From: Negaprion brevirostris
Taxonomy: Eukaryota
Direction: 5' to 3'
Length of the DNA stretch: 64,000 nt
NCBI GenBank assembly: GCA_030324005.1
Contig: JARDVH010000097.1
Coordinates: 23,433,045 to 23,497,044, forward strand
Of the stretch, positions 63,596 through 64,000 are shown piece after piece (position 1 is the stretch's first letter; each line of letters starts with the position of its first letter). The notes under the pieces are model-generated. The model had not been told where the DNA came from and did not search any database. It saw only the letters and a program-made list of their open reading frames with translations. Both the position numbers and the translations under genes were made by a program.

Positions 63596-64000
63596 AAATA
63601 ACCTCTTCTTTCTTTGGTATCTATTAGGTTACACATGAGACTTAACAAAACACAGTTTTAGTATCCTCTAACACACATTCAGTACCCGTCAGCATATGAT
63701 AGAGACTTAATGCAAATGAATAACATGTAATTCCAAAAAATGTTATTGGACTGTCCCTGTATCGGATGGTTAGAACTTGTTAACACCAATTATTTACTCA
63801 GTCTGTTTGAGCTTAATTTCCCCTTGATTTGAAATATGTTGGGTTCTGCCCTTTGCAAATAGGTAACTCTCTGGTAGCACAGCTTAAGCATTCTACGCAT
63901 TTCAATCCCTTTTCATCTGCTCAAGATCAGCATTATGTCTAAAAGGTGGACCCCACTTGGGTATGGGGCAACACTTACAAGATAAAATTGAACTATGATT

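Overview
Eukaryotic, AT-rich, non-coding DNA from a cartilaginous fish, most likely a shark. The call rests on HE1-type V-SINEs, HER1/CR1 LINE tails, Deu-domain SINEs and Penelope-like repeats, all recognised by eye from remembered consensus motifs rather than by database search. I recognise no intact host protein-coding gene, rRNA, tRNA or CRISPR array. Nearly all ORFs in the track are chance ORFs, N-gap read-throughs or decayed transposon fragments. The window is a mosaic of nested mobile elements: about 13 HE1 SINEs, three further tRNA-derived SINE types plus Deu-SINEs, CR1/L2/Tx1 LINE pieces, Gypsy RT fragments, solo LTRs, Penelope ends, and many PIF/Harbinger remnants (DDE nuclease, intron-containing Myb/SANT partner, MITEs). 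These are separated by repeat-poor islands that may hold enhancers or small exons of a large gene. The most unusual item is a ~265-bp segment present twice (57764-58030, 60958-61218) that fits no repeat family I know. Its + frame is protein-like and resembles, by eye only, the core of viral 30K movement/jelly-roll proteins. Other highlights: a possibly near-complete two-gene Harbinger fossil (~35.6-40.4 kb), a LINE fused to a tRNA-SINE head, a SINE with a BovB/RTE-like tail, and a Tx1/L1 insertion with a perfect 16-bp TSD. Boundaries of old repeats are approximate.
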